Shown in pieces: positions 29,609 to 40,163 of a stretch of DNA of 64,000 nucleotides. Source of the DNA: an uncultured Fibrobacterota bacterium (GTDB taxonomy: Bacteria > Fibrobacterota > Chitinivibrionia > Chitinivibrionales > FEN-1185); assembly GCA_963729895.1 (NCBI GenBank), contig CAVSQB010000013.1, positions 5,051 to 69,050 on the forward strand. The letters are read 5' to 3'. The number at the start of each line of letters is the position of its first letter. Position 1 is the stretch's first letter. Both the position numbers and the translations under genes were made by a program. The notes under the pieces are model-generated. The model was given only the letters and a program-made list of their open reading frames with translations, did not search any database and was not told the DNA's origin.

Positions 29609-31009
29609 ATGCCGATCAAACTGCCCGTAAAAATTCTTCTGAATGACGATGAAATCCCCCGCCAATGGTACAACCTGGCTGCCGATCTTCCTTCTCCAAT
29701 GCAGCCTCCGCTCGGACCGGACGGAAACCCGCTCACACCCGAAGCCCTCGGCGCGGTATTCCCCATGAACCTTATCGAGCAGGAGGTGAGCCAGGAGCGC
29801 TGGATCACTATTCCCGCGGAGATTATCGACATCCTTTACAGATGGCGTCCCTCGCCCCTCAAACGGGCGGTATACCTCGAACAGGCGCTCGGGACTCCGG
29901 CAAAAATCTACTACAAGGACGAAAGCGTTTCCCCTGCCGGAAGCCACAAGCCGAATACGGCAGTTCCCCAGGTCTGGTACAACAAGCAATTCGGCACAAA
30001 GACCATCACGACCGAAACCGGGGCCGGTCAATGGGGCAGCGCACTGGCGTTTTCCTGCTCCCTGCTCGGGTTGAAGTGCAAAGTATTCATGGTGCGCATC
30101 AGTTTCGAGCAGAAGCCGTTCAGAAAGATCATGATGGAAACATGGGGCGGGAAATGCATCGCAAGCCCGAGTTCCGAAACGGAGGCGGGTAGAAGTTTTC
30201 TCAAGAAAGACCCGAACACGCCCGGCAGCCTTGGAATTGCCATCAGTGAAGCAGTGGAGGCCGCGGTGACCGACAAAACGGGGTCCACCAAGTATTCGCT
30301 GGGCAGCGTGCTCAATCATGTGCTTCTGCATCAAACCATTATCGGGCTCGAAGCGAAGAAACAGCTGCAGAAAGTGGGGATCAAGAAGCCCGACGTGGTG
30401 ATCGCCTGCGCGGGCGGCGGAAGTAATTTCGGCGGTCTCGCATTCCCGTTTGTCGCCGACAAGATCGCGGGCGCCGCTATCGACATCATCCCCGTGGAGC
30501 CTGCCTCCTGCCCCACCATGACGCGAGGCATTTTCACCTATGATTTCGGTGATTCCGCCGGCATGACGCCGCTGCTTCCCATGCACACGCTCGGCCACAA
30601 TTTTATTCCCGAACCCATCCACGCAGGCGGGCTGCGCTACCACGGCATGGCTCCGCTCGTTTCTCAGGCGATAGTGGAAGGCTTGGTGCGACCGAGGGCC
30701 ATCAACCAGACCGAGTGCTTCAAGGCGGCCATGAAATGGGCCAACACCGAGGGAATGATCATCGCCCCGGAAACAAGCCATGCCGTCGCCGCCGTGATTC
30801 AGGAGGCGCTCAAGGCAAAAGAGGAAGGCAAAGAAAAGGTCATTCTTTTCAACTTAAGCGGTCACGGCCACATGGACCTCATGGGCTATTCGAAATTTAT
30901 GGAAGGCAAACTTTCGGATTGGGAGCTTCCCCAGAAGAATATCGAAGATGCGGAGAAAGATCTAAAGGAACTGCCGAAAGCGAAGGCCGTGAAAACGGGG
31001 AAGTGGTAA
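29609..31009 (+). CDS. trpB2: TrpB2-type tryptophan synthase beta-like PLP enzyme
   Basis: GSHKPNTA, TETGAGQWG, GGGSNFGG, IHAGGLRYHG, LSGHG; stand-alone, no trpA nearby. Confidence 0.95.
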   Translation: MPIKLPVKILLNDDEIPRQWYNLAADLPSPMQPPLGPDGNPLTPEALGAVFPMNLIEQEVSQERWITIPAEIIDILYRWRPSPLKRAVYLEQALGTPAKIYYKDESVSPAGSHKPNTAVPQVWYNKQFGTKTITTETGAGQWGSALAFSCSLLGLKCKVFMVRISFEQKPFRKIMMETWGGKCIASPSSETEAGRSFLKKDPNTPGSLGIAISEAVEAAVTDKTGSTKYSLGSVLNHVLLHQTIIGLEAKKQLQKVGIKKPDVVIACAGGGSNFGGLAFPFVADKIAGAAIDIIPVEPASCPTMTRGIFTYDFGDSAGMTPLLPMHTLGHNFIPEPIHAGGLRYHGMAPLVSQAIVEGLVRPRAINQTECFKAAMKWANTEGMIIAPETSHAVAAVIQEALKAKEEGKEKVILFNLSGHGHMDLMGYSKFMEGKLSDWELPQKNIEDAEKDLKELPKAKAVKTGKW

Positions 31010-31038
31010 GGAAGTAGCAGCTGGTAAGCCGTATGATT

Positions 31039-31078
31039 ACGGAAGAGGCAACCGGGCAGAGCCGGTTGCCTCTTCCGT
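31039..31078. terminator. Hairpin between convergent trpB2 and ugd
   Basis: 17-bp perfect stem ACGGAAGAGGCAACCGG/CCGGTTGCCTCTTCCGT. Confidence 0.75.
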
Positions 31079-31091
31079 CTTGTTAAGCAGA

Positions 31092-32477
31092 CTAATAATG
31101 CGTGAGCGGCCTCTTCCCCACCGGAAATACACTGAACCCAATCTCATGCAGCCGCCGGTGGTCCAGCACGTTGCGTCCGTCAAATATAAACGCAGGCTTC
31201 TCCATAGATTTGAATATCCGCTGGTAATCGAGTTTCTTGTATTCTTCCCATTCCGTGCACACCGCAATGGCGTGGGCTCCCCTTACCGCAATGTACGGAT
31301 CGCGTTCGTATTCGATTTCGCCTTTGCAATCCGCAAGATCGATCTTGGCATTTGCCAGCGCCTTGGGATCGCTGATCACCACATGGGCCTGTTCTTCCAA
31401 GAGCTTTTTAGTAACGTAGATGGCGGGTGATTCGCGGGTATCGCCGGTGTTTGCTTTGAACGCAAACCCGAGCACGGCGATGCGTTTCTTGGCAATGGTA
31501 TTAAACATTGCATGAATCATACCTCTCACAAAACGCGTCATCTGATAATCGTTGATTTTGACGACGTATTCCCAGTAATGGGCGACTTCGGAGAGGCCGT
31601 AATGCTCGCACAAGTAAACCAGATTCAGAATGTCCTTCTTAAAGCATGACCCGCCGAACCCAACGCTTGCACTCAGGAACTTGGAGCCGATACGGCTATC
31701 CTCGCCAATTGCATAGCCAACCTCGGCCACGTCTGCCTCGGTCTTCTCGCACAGCGCCGACATACTGTTGATGGAAGATATCCGTTGAGCAAGGAAAGCA
31801 TTGGCGGCAAGTTTTGAAAGCTCTGCGCTCCACACGTTGCTCGTAATAATATTCTTTCTGTCAACCCAGTGGGCGTAGAGGTCAACCAGTTCTTTTCTGG
31901 CTGCAAGCCCTGTTGGAGTCTCCTGGGTTCCGATTAGCACACGATCCGGATCCAGGAGGTCTTTCACCGCACTCCCTTCAGCGAGGAATTCCGGGTTAGA
32001 CGCCACTTCAAAATGGATGCCCTTGTTGTTCGCATTGAGAATTCGCTCCATCGCGTGTGCGGTGCGAACCGGAAGCGTGCTTTTCTCCACGATGATCTTG
32101 TCGGACTGCGACGCCTTGACAATGTTTCTCGCAGTTTTCTCCCAGTACTGGAGATCCGGGGCCTTGCCCGCTCCTTCGCCGAAAGTCTTGGTAGGGGTAT
32201 TGACCGAAACGAACAGGATGTCGGCCGTGCGGATTGCCGCGTCGATGTCGGTGGAAAAGAACAGGTTCCTGCCGCGGGCCTTCTTCACCATGTCGAGCAA
32301 GCCGGGTTCGTAGATTGGGAGGTCGTCGCTCTCCCACGCGGCGACACGCGAAGCATTGACGTCCACGACGGCTACCTTGATATCAGGACACTTCGCCGCA
32401 ATCACCGCCATAGTGGGCCCGCCAACATAGCCGGCGCCAATGCAGGTAACGTGTTTCCTAAATGTCTTTCTTGCCAT
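31092..32477 (-). CDS. ugd: UDP-glucose 6-dehydrogenase
   Basis: [37 protein letters not shown]. Confidence 0.96.
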   Translation of the reverse strand: MARKTFRKHVTCIGAGYVGGPTMAVIAAKCPDIKVAVVDVNASRVAAWESDDLPIYEPGLLDMVKKARGRNLFFSTDIDAAIRTADILFVSVNTPTKTFGEGAGKAPDLQYWEKTARNIVKASQSDKIIVEKSTLPVRTAHAMERILNANNKGIHFEVASNPEFLAEGSAVKDLLDPDRVLIGTQETPTGLAARKELVDLYAHWVDRKNIITSNVWSAELSKLAANAFLAQRISSINSMSALCEKTEADVAEVGYAIGEDSRIGSKFLSASVGFGGSCFKKDILNLVYLCEHYGLSEVAHYWEYVVKINDYQMTRFVRGMIHAMFNTIAKKRIAVLGFAFKANTGDTRESPAIYVTKKLLEEQAHVVISDPKALANAKIDLADCKGEIEYERDPYIAVRGAHAIAVCTEWEEYKKLDYQRIFKSMEKPAFIFDGRNVLDHRRLHEIGFSVFPVGKRPLTHY

Positions 32478-32504
32478 GTGCGAATCTCCCTCTGAAGTGG
32501 CAGC

Positions 32505-33566
32505 CTATCGATTGAGAGCGCAAAAAACGATATCGGCAACGTCCCGCCGTACGGCGTCTATTGCCTGCGAATCCGGTCTCCTTTTCGGGAATGTGCAATT
32601 GGATAACAAAACCATTGCGGCCTGGCCGGGAATATTGCACATGCAAACGCACCCCGTAAATCCGGTCTTGCCGATCGTGCTCTTCGGGCAACGTCTGCCC
32701 ATATACCGATTCTGTTCGAGTTCCCAGCCAAGGCCGCCTTGCAATCCAAGATGGGCTATCTGGTTTGTTTGCATCTGTTCAATGCAATGGCTGGAAAAAT
32801 ACCTTTTGCCTGCCCAAACACCATTGTTTAGGAGCATGTTCAAGAACCGCATGATGTCGGGAGCCGTGGAAAACAATCCTGCAGATCCAGCCACCATGAT
32901 TTTTCGAAGAACAAAGGCGCTTTCGTCGTGGACCTCCCCTTGCACCGCCTTTCCGCGCCATGGATCAATTTCCGTGGGAACAATCTCCTCTTTCGGAAAT
33001 TGCTCGGGGAAAAACGATGTTCTTGCCATTCCAAGCGGCCCAAAGAATTTCCGCTGAGCGGTGACGGCCAGGCATTCACCGTATATTTTTTCCACCACCA
33101 TTCCAAGAAGTATGCTTGTCGCATTGGCATAGAAGAATGTCGAGCCTGGTTCGTCTGGAAATTCGGTCGACAGAATGGCGTCAAGGATGCCTTGGGGGCC
33201 GCCGTCCTTGAGTGCGGAAAGCCGGAAATTGTAGTTGAGCGTCTGGGCAAGCAGATGACGGATGAGCACCTTTTCTCTATGAGAATTGCTGAATTCCGGC
33301 ACATATTTTATCAGCGTATCGTTTAGATGAAGCCGGCCCCGGTCCAGACAACGCAGCGCCAGGCTCGATGTTGGAATAGCCTTTGTGACCGAGGCAACGT
33401 CGAAGATTGAATTCTCCCTCATTGGACGGGAATCCGCGTCGAACGTGTGGCGCCCGAAAGCCATCACCTTCGGCTCTTCCCGGTTCGCAACAAAACCTAC
33501 CACGCACCCTGGGAATACCTTCTCTTCTATTGCCCGTAATATCCTTTCTGCGATTTGTTGGTTCAT
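32505..33566 (-). CDS. Beta-lactamase-fold serine hydrolase
   Basis: FDVASVTK (SxxK), YAN, GEVHDE, AGLFS, GKTGFTG; start moved to MNQQ. Confidence 0.88.
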   Translation of the reverse strand: MNQQIAERILRAIEEKVFPGCVVGFVANREEPKVMAFGRHTFDADSRPMRENSIFDVASVTKAIPTSSLALRCLDRGRLHLNDTLIKYVPEFSNSHREKVLIRHLLAQTLNYNFRLSALKDGGPQGILDAILSTEFPDEPGSTFFYANATSILLGMVVEKIYGECLAVTAQRKFFGPLGMARTSFFPEQFPKEEIVPTEIDPWRGKAVQGEVHDESAFVLRKIMVAGSAGLFSTAPDIMRFLNMLLNNGVWAGKRYFSSHCIEQMQTNQIAHLGLQGGLGWELEQNRYMGRRCPKSTIGKTGFTGCVCMCNIPGQAAMVLLSNCTFPKRRPDSQAIDAVRRDVADIVFCALNR

Positions 33567-33690
33567 GATGTGATTGGCACACATCGTTTGTGCTCTGTAA
33601 TCCGCAGAAGCAAAGCGAGGCACATCGACGGCAATTCCCGTGCAGGATTCAACAGAGTGAAAGTGGTTTCTTGTGAAAAGGCTGCAATGG

Positions 33691-34515
33691 TCAAACAGTG
33701 CCGGGCGGGATTGGTTCCTGGAGAGGAGCATCCGCCGCAGGCTCAGGCATGGTTTCCGGAAGCAAGGCCCCTTGTTGCTGGTCCGCAAGCGTTGTTTCCC
33801 GCGCAGGCTCTTTTATTTGCTGTGCGGATGTCGATTGTTCCTGCGCGGCATCCCCTGAAATATCTTCCTCTGCGTCGTCTTGAGCTAGCGCTTCATCGTA
33901 GGGAGACAGGCGCTTTGTCTCAGCCACATAGGAGTCGAGCATGTTCGGTTTTGAATTGAGATGTGAAAGGAGCTCCGAAGTGCTTTCGGGGGTGAGCATA
34001 ATGCGGAGTTGTTTCGACACCTTGGCGTTGAATCCCCATACCTTAAGCCGGTCCGGCGAAACCTCAAACGCATCCTCCAAGGCCACAAATACCACCTTGT
34101 CGGCCCGCAGGGCGATGCACGTTGCAGAATCGATGCAGGAGTATTCGTTCAGATAACGCAAATGGAGCTTCTGCACGTCGGCGGTTTTCGCAATGTGGTA
34201 GTATCCGGTGATCAGCATTTTGTCTTTGAATCCGTCCTTCGTTCCCGCGTATCTGGTGAGGAAGAACATATACCGGATCTTGCTCTTTGCAAATGCTCCC
34301 CTGATCTTCGTCCTGGAGCATCCATAAAACCCGTACGTGCCCGATTCATAGTTGGGTTCCGGGACCACCGGAGAGTCGGCGTCGTCGGGAATCTCCCTGA
34401 TCGGAATCTCGGAAATGGGGTCCGACGAATAGTAAACAATCATTCCCGTGTTGGCCGCTCGATAGTCCTGCCAGAGAATGCTGTCTGGAGATTTCTGCAT
34501 CATACCCGCGCTCAT
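33691..34515 (-). CDS. Hypothetical protein, possibly Nmad2/3-like (nucleotide-modification-associated)
   Basis: EPNYESGTYGFYGC..R..YMFFLT..ITGYY; acidic low-complexity tail. Confidence 0.55.
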   Translation of the reverse strand: MSAGMMQKSPDSILWQDYRAANTGMIVYYSSDPISEIPIREIPDDADSPVVPEPNYESGTYGFYGCSRTKIRGAFAKSKIRYMFFLTRYAGTKDGFKDKMLITGYYHIAKTADVQKLHLRYLNEYSCIDSATCIALRADKVVFVALEDAFEVSPDRLKVWGFNAKVSKQLRIMLTPESTSELLSHLNSKPNMLDSYVAETKRLSPYDEALAQDDAEEDISGDAAQEQSTSAQQIKEPARETTLADQQQGALLPETMPEPAADAPLQEPIPPGTV

Positions 34516-34678
34516 GGTTCGTATCCTTTCAAATTGTCCTTAAGGTCTGCACGTGCACCGCACAAACGGAAAAGGTTCATCCGGTGTGCGTGCTGCAGAG
34601 CGAAGCTGATTTGCAATGATCGACGTGGTGGTGATTCTAACAGCGAGCGAATATCGTTTCTTTGAATGCGTCGTAGTC

Positions 34679-34716
34679 AAAAAATGAAGCCCGCTAAGCC
34701 GGAAGCGCGCGGGCTT
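34679..34716 (-). terminator. Rho-independent terminator downstream of queA
   Basis: AAGCCCGC/GCGGGCTT stem followed by CATTTTTT on the - strand. Confidence 0.6.
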
Positions 34717-34803
34717 GTCATGCACTCGAATCATAAAATAAGTGGCGGCAGATTTATTGTCAACATCAAGAATTCTTTTCGCCTTCAAGAAATGTCGAGC
34801 ATG

Positions 34804-35844
34804 TCATGCAATCAGCATCGCGTCCCCGTAGCTGAAGAAACGATAGCCCTGCGCTACGGCATGACTGTATGCACGCAACACACGTTCCCGCCCGGCAAAG
34901 GCGCTTACCAGCATGATAAGCGTTGACTTCGGCACATGGAAGTTGGTTACCATTCCGTCGACGACCTTGAATTCGTATCCTGGAAGAATCTTGAGGCCGG
35001 TCCTGCCTCCGGACGGAACGGGAAGGCCATCGCGACGGCTGCAATGCTCCAGGACACGAACCGAGGTTGTGCCCACCGCGATTACCCTGCCGCCGCATTT
35101 CTTGGTGCGAAGTATTTCTTCGGCAGTTTCTTCTGTCAACTCATACGTTTCCTCGTGCATAACATGGTCGACAGGATCACTAACCTTTACCGGGCGGAAA
35201 GTGCCGATGCCCACATGCAGGGTCACATACGACATGTCTACGCCGCGCAATGACAGTCTCTTCATGAGCTCCGGTGTAAAATGAAGGCCCGCTGTCGGAG
35301 ATGCAATGGCTCCTTCGCGTTTGGCAAATAGGGTTTGATATGCCGTTGCATCTTCCCGAGTTGACGGCCTCTTGATGTAGTGAGGAAGCGCCATTACTCC
35401 ATACCGGCCAAGCAATTCCAAAAGGTCTTTCACCGGGGAGCCTGGAACGAGAAACACCTCGCGAGATCCATCGGAATTAACCGCGCGTACCTCAATGGAA
35501 ATGTCCAAAGCTGCGCATACCCGCACTCTGGTCCCCACGCCAAGTCCACGGCCGGGACGTATAAGACTCTTCCAACAGCCGTTGGCCCCTTGTTCCACAA
35601 GCAGCAATTCCACCCTTCCTCCCGACTGTTTTTGGCAAAGAAGCCTGGCAGGTATGACCCTGGTATTGTTAAAGATAAGCCTATCGCCAGAAAAAAGAAG
35701 GTTAGGGAGTTCCAAAAAACAGTGATCCGTCACGGCGCCGGATTCTCTTGCAAGGTACAGCAACTTGCATTCGTCCCGCTTCGCGCAAGGGTACTGGGCC
35801 ACAAGGTCGGGCGGCACGGCAAAATCGAAGTCCTCTGTTCTCAT
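34804..35844 (-). CDS. queA: S-adenosylmethionine:tRNA ribosyltransferase-isomerase
   Basis: NNTRVIPARL, LPHYIKR, SPTAGLHFT, LHVGIGTF, TNFHVPKSTL, FFSYGDAM. Confidence 0.97.
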   Translation of the reverse strand: MRTEDFDFAVPPDLVAQYPCAKRDECKLLYLARESGAVTDHCFLELPNLLFSGDRLIFNNTRVIPARLLCQKQSGGRVELLLVEQGANGCWKSLIRPGRGLGVGTRVRVCAALDISIEVRAVNSDGSREVFLVPGSPVKDLLELLGRYGVMALPHYIKRPSTREDATAYQTLFAKREGAIASPTAGLHFTPELMKRLSLRGVDMSYVTLHVGIGTFRPVKVSDPVDHVMHEETYELTEETAEEILRTKKCGGRVIAVGTTSVRVLEHCSRRDGLPVPSGGRTGLKILPGYEFKVVDGMVTNFHVPKSTLIMLVSAFAGRERVLRAYSHAVAQGYRFFSYGDAMLIA

Positions 35845-35884
35845 TCTTGTGTCCGTTCATTAAGGAGAATCTATATTAAAATGA

Positions 35885-37501
35885 ATGCTTCCCTTTTCCG
35901 CTCCGCTCCATCCTGTCTTTCTTTACGCCGAAACCCATTTTCGGTTCTTTCCCGCATTTCCAAGTCTTCTCTTCAAAAAAGAACCTGAGATTGTTTTCGA
36001 TCTACCCTGCCGTTGCGATCCCCGCAAGGATCTTCCCGTTGTGCTGATTGTCAACGACGTCCACAGGTTCAACGCCGCCGTTGTCGACGTCGCCGTCACG
36101 GTTTCACAGGAGGGAATGGCGCCGCTCGCGTTCAAATTCAACGATCCGACTGCACATTTTGTCAATCACCCTTTTCGCGAACACGCTCATGTGTTTGTCT
36201 TCCTCATTGCTAGATCTGCTCTCCCGAATGGAAGAATATTCGTAAATTGCAGGGCAACTCTGCAGAACAACAAACGGCGATGGATCGTGCTTAACGATAA
36301 TTTCTTTTCAACCTCCAAACTCCCGTTTTCATGTTACCTATCCGATGAACCGCTTCCAGGCCACAACAGGTGTTCATTTGGCGATCTGCACGTGCATTCT
36401 CAATACTCCCAGAGTCAAGTGGAATTCGGCCCTCCCATAAATATAATCGATCTAATATCAAATACTTGCGGATTGGACTTCGTTGGAATAACCGACCATT
36501 CCTATGATCTTGCCTGCTCTATGGCTGATTACCTCCAAAAGGACGATACGTTGGCCCGCTGGAATTCACTCGTTGAAGCAACATTCACGCCTGACGCCTT
36601 CAAAAATATTATTCTTTTGGGAGAAGAGATTTCAACTCTTAATGCCCATGGCAAAGCAATTCATCTCTGCGGATTAGGCCTCACCAAATTTATTCCGGGA
36701 TCGGTTGACGGAGCAAGATCGAAGAAATTTGAAACAATGAATTTAGACGAAGCAATCAGGGAAATTCATAGCCAAGGAGGGCTTGCAATGGCCGCCCACC
36801 CGGGCTCAAGGTTCGGGTTGCTTCAGCGAATGTTCTTGAAACGCGGCCCTTGGACGCAAAAAGAAATGGCTGCAGATCTTGATGCCGTTCAAGCGGTCAA
36901 TGATGGATTTGGCACTACTTGGCTTGCAGGCAAGCAATTGTGGATAAATGAACTGCTAAAAGGGCGACACCTCCCGGTTATTGCCGGAAACGATTCTCAC
37001 GGCGATTTTAACAGGTATCGTTATTTGAGCGCTCCATTTCTTTCCGTTTCAGAGAATTTTAACCGCCATCTTTCCTTTGCAAGAACGGGAATTTACTGCA
37101 ATGCAAGGTCTGGAGGAGACGTTCTTTTGGCGATACAAAGAGGAGCGACATTTGTGACGAGCGGACCATATCTCGCCATCACCCAATCATCTTCATTGGA
37201 TGAGGACGCCGGTTCAGCTCAACGAGCCGCCGTTGCAAAGGGCTCAATAACCGCCACCATCAAAAGCAGTTATGAATTTGGAACTCCGAAACGTCTTGAC
37301 ATATTTATCGGCCAGGTTGGTGAAAAGAAGGAGCGAATCGTCTTTTCAAGGGCTTACAACGGTCAAAACACGATTGTTCAGGAGATCCCTCTTGGTTTGT
37401 ACACGAATGATGCGTATGCCCGGGCAGAAGTTTCTTGTGCAAGGCAGGACGGAACAAAAACTTTTGCCGCAACAAGCCCGCTATATTTCGCGACACAATG
37501 A
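35885..37501 (+). CDS. PHP-domain metallohydrolase (CehA/McbA-like)
   Basis: GDLHVHS, ITDH, GEE, AHP, GNDSHG. Confidence 0.82.
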   Translation: MLPFSAPLHPVFLYAETHFRFFPAFPSLLFKKEPEIVFDLPCRCDPRKDLPVVLIVNDVHRFNAAVVDVAVTVSQEGMAPLAFKFNDPTAHFVNHPFREHAHVFVFLIARSALPNGRIFVNCRATLQNNKRRWIVLNDNFFSTSKLPFSCYLSDEPLPGHNRCSFGDLHVHSQYSQSQVEFGPPINIIDLISNTCGLDFVGITDHSYDLACSMADYLQKDDTLARWNSLVEATFTPDAFKNIILLGEEISTLNAHGKAIHLCGLGLTKFIPGSVDGARSKKFETMNLDEAIREIHSQGGLAMAAHPGSRFGLLQRMFLKRGPWTQKEMAADLDAVQAVNDGFGTTWLAGKQLWINELLKGRHLPVIAGNDSHGDFNRYRYLSAPFLSVSENFNRHLSFARTGIYCNARSGGDVLLAIQRGATFVTSGPYLAITQSSSLDEDAGSAQRAAVAKGSITATIKSSYEFGTPKRLDIFIGQVGEKKERIVFSRAYNGQNTIVQEIPLGLYTNDAYARAEVSCARQDGTKTFAATSPLYFATQ

Positions 37502-37544
37502 AACGCGCAGGCACTTCAACGCCACTTTTCAATCCTACACAAAA

Positions 37545-38816
37545 TCAAGTATTCCGGCAGGGCGATATGCCGATTTTCTTCATCGCCTCCCCGACAGTAT
37601 AGAACGATCCAACAACACATACAACCTTCTCCGGTGATTTAAATGCTTTTACGACAGCGCCACTCACCGCCTGTATTTCACACACTTCTCCCGGGAACCA
37701 TGCGGGGATGTTTGATCGCAGGATTGCGGTTTCAGCGCTTCTGTCAACATTCGGCCTGGTCAAAATGATGCGCGAGGCTCTTTTGCAATACCATTCAAAC
37801 ATGCCTGAGGCATCTTTGTCCTTCATTATCCCCGTCACGAGACAAACGGCGGAGTCCGGAAACAGCAGTGTCAGGGTTTCCGTAAACGATTGGGCCGCGT
37901 TCGGATTGTGTCCAACGTCGAGTATGACAGTCTTTCCGTTTGATTGAACGATCTGAAACCTTGCCGCAATGAACGCCGAACGAATTCCTCTGGCAATGAC
38001 CTCCATGTCTTTGAACCCGGCAGCCAAAAGCGCTCGGATGGCGACCAGCGCGTTTTCCACCTGATACCTGCCCGCAAACGGAACTTCAAATCTCCGGTCG
38101 TGGTACACAAACGACGGCCTTTCCACCGTGCAGCGGACATCGCCGGCCAGGGTTTCGGATACAAATTGACATTTGGATCCTTTGCGCAGGCACCGGCTTA
38201 TGGCAAGGTTCCGGATATTCCGATCATCTGGTTCCGCCATGACAAGCGGCACACCTCGTTTGACGATACCGAGTTTTTCCCTCGCGATGGACAGAAGGTC
38301 GTCGCCCAAATACATCATGTGATCCATTGCAATCCGCGTGACGACGCTCACGTTAGGGAGAAGGATGTTCGTTGCATCGAGCCGCCCGCCCAAACCGGTT
38401 TCAAAAACCGCCCACTCTACGTGATTGCGTTTGAAAAGCTCAAACGCAATGAGCGTTGATGCTTCGAAAAAGGTGAGATCCAGTTCATCAATTGTCGGTT
38501 GAAGGTCCCGGTACACGTCGACCCACCGGGCGCCGGACACCGCCTCTCCGCCTACCGTGAACCTCTCCTTGAAATCAACGATGTGCGGCGAAGTGAAGAG
38601 TCCTGTTTTGAACCCCATGGTGCGCAGGCATGATTCCAGGTACGCGCACACCGAACCTTTGCCGTTGGTTCCGGCAACATGCAGCGAAAAATACGCCCTT
38701 TGTGGATTGTCAATACGGTCGGCTGCGGATTGCATCCGTTTCAGCCCAAGTTTAATGCCTTGGCTCGTACGGGAGAAAAGGCGCTCAGCGATGCGGTCGG
38801 CAGTGTCCATCTTCAT
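37545..38816 (-). CDS. folC: Folylpolyglutamate/dihydrofolate synthase
   Basis: HVAGTNGKGS, FTSPH, ETGLGGRLDATN, LDVGHN. Confidence 0.95.
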   Translation of the reverse strand: MKMDTADRIAERLFSRTSQGIKLGLKRMQSAADRIDNPQRAYFSLHVAGTNGKGSVCAYLESCLRTMGFKTGLFTSPHIVDFKERFTVGGEAVSGARWVDVYRDLQPTIDELDLTFFEASTLIAFELFKRNHVEWAVFETGLGGRLDATNILLPNVSVVTRIAMDHMMYLGDDLLSIAREKLGIVKRGVPLVMAEPDDRNIRNLAISRCLRKGSKCQFVSETLAGDVRCTVERPSFVYHDRRFEVPFAGRYQVENALVAIRALLAAGFKDMEVIARGIRSAFIAARFQIVQSNGKTVILDVGHNPNAAQSFTETLTLLFPDSAVCLVTGIMKDKDASGMFEWYCKRASRIILTRPNVDRSAETAILRSNIPAWFPGEVCEIQAVSGAVVKAFKSPEKVVCVVGSFYTVGEAMKKIGISPCRNT

Positions 38817-38822
38817 GACGGG

Positions 38823-39479
38823 TTAGGATGCAAAAAGTCCATCGAGGCGGTCCATGGAAATTCGTTCGAGGCTGTCCACAACAATGTCCGCATTCCCCAG
38901 TTCCTCGGGCGGATAGGTGTTGGTGACCGCCACTACCTTCATTTTGGCGGCCTTTGCCCCTGCCACGCCCACCTTTGCGTCCTCAAACACAACGCACTCC
39001 TGCGGCTCTCTGCCCATCCGGCGCGCTGCTTCGAGGAAGATCTGTGGCGACGGCTTGCCGAGCTCCACGTCTTCGCCTGAGACCACGGAAACAAAATAAC
39101 GACCCAATTTAAGGATATCAAGACCTGTGACTATGTTCGCCTTGGGTGCCGAAGAGCCGATCCCACAAGGGATTGCGTGGGACGCGGCCGAGCCAAGCAG
39201 CGCTTTTACCCCGGGCAATGCCACGCACCCGAGTTCCTTCATCATTTCGCGATACACACCTTCCTTCTTCCTGTCTATGCGGCGAATCTGGGAAGGATCG
39301 TTCGTCCATTTCCACAACTTGGGGATTATTTCCTCATTTTTCATCCCGAAACTTTGTTTGAACAGATGTTCGGGGAAGACGAGGCCTTCCTCTTTTGCAA
39401 GGCGTTTCCAGGCTTCGATATGATGCTGAGACGAATCGATGATGATACCGTCCCAGTCGAAGATGCACGAGAAGTTCAT
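38823..39479 (-). CDS. HAD-family phosphatase (beta-PGM/CbbY-like)
   Basis: FDWDG, GKPSP, FEDAKVG. Confidence 0.9.
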   Translation of the reverse strand: MNFSCIFDWDGIIIDSSQHHIEAWKRLAKEEGLVFPEHLFKQSFGMKNEEIIPKLWKWTNDPSQIRRIDRKKEGVYREMMKELGCVALPGVKALLGSAASHAIPCGIGSSAPKANIVTGLDILKLGRYFVSVVSGEDVELGKPSPQIFLEAARRMGREPQECVVFEDAKVGVAGAKAAKMKVVAVTNTYPPEELGNADIVVDSLERISMDRLDGLFAS

Positions 39480-39560
39480 AGCGGCAGTTTTCCGGGTTGT
39501 GCAGATGGGGAACCCGAAGGGTTTCAGACCGTCTTGAAGGTTCAGCCCTGTACAGGATTA

Positions 39561-40142
39561 TCAATGTACAAATAGCATCATTACGCCTTTTCTCACCATC
39601 ATGACGCCGATCGCAGCAAGCAACAAACTGGCGAGTTTTGACACCGTTTTTGCGCCCGTCTTGCCAAGCGTCCGGATTATTGCCTGCGAGAACCACAGCA
39701 CAACGCCCGCAAAGGCTACGTTGACAACGACGGCTGTGATCGTGGGGGCAAGTCCATATTGACGGAGAAGAAGAATGGTAGTGGTAAGGACCGCCGGTCC
39801 AACAATGAGCGGCACCCCTACAGGAACGGCTCCGAGGCTCTGAACGTCCACTTTATGTTGATGTTTGTCAAACGATATGAGGTCATATAGTGACAGCGCA
39901 AAAAGCAATACGCCGCCCGCGATCATGAAATCGGATACGGTTATGCCCAGCAGGTTAAGAATGATTTCGCCGATAGCGCAGAAGACCATGGCAACCGCAA
40001 GGGCGGTGATTACCGACTGGAAAACGATCTTTCGAACCCGCAGAGGGTTCACACCGTGCGTGAGATTCATGAACAGCGGTAGAACCCCGATGGCGTCTAC
40101 CGCAACAAACAGAGGAACAAAACAAAGCCAGTAGTTCCGCAT
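39561..40142 (-). CDS. MarC-family membrane protein
   Basis: FMIAGGVLL, VPVGVPLIVGP; multiple TMs. Confidence 0.92.
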   Translation of the reverse strand: MRNYWLCFVPLFVAVDAIGVLPLFMNLTHGVNPLRVRKIVFQSVITALAVAMVFCAIGEIILNLLGITVSDFMIAGGVLLFALSLYDLISFDKHQHKVDVQSLGAVPVGVPLIVGPAVLTTTILLLRQYGLAPTITAVVVNVAFAGVVLWFSQAIIRTLGKTGAKTVSKLASLLLAAIGVMMVRKGVMMLFVH

Positions 40143-40163
40143 CCGCCGTTTCCCTTGCCTCGC

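Noticed and set aside
32505-33566. Antibiotic-resistance beta-lactamase
   Set aside because: No signal peptide; GEVHDE/AGLFS motifs fit generic esterase or peptidoglycan-recycling hydrolases
34679-34800. preQ1 riboswitch near queA
   Set aside because: Lies downstream of queA and lacks a recognisable preQ1 aptamer
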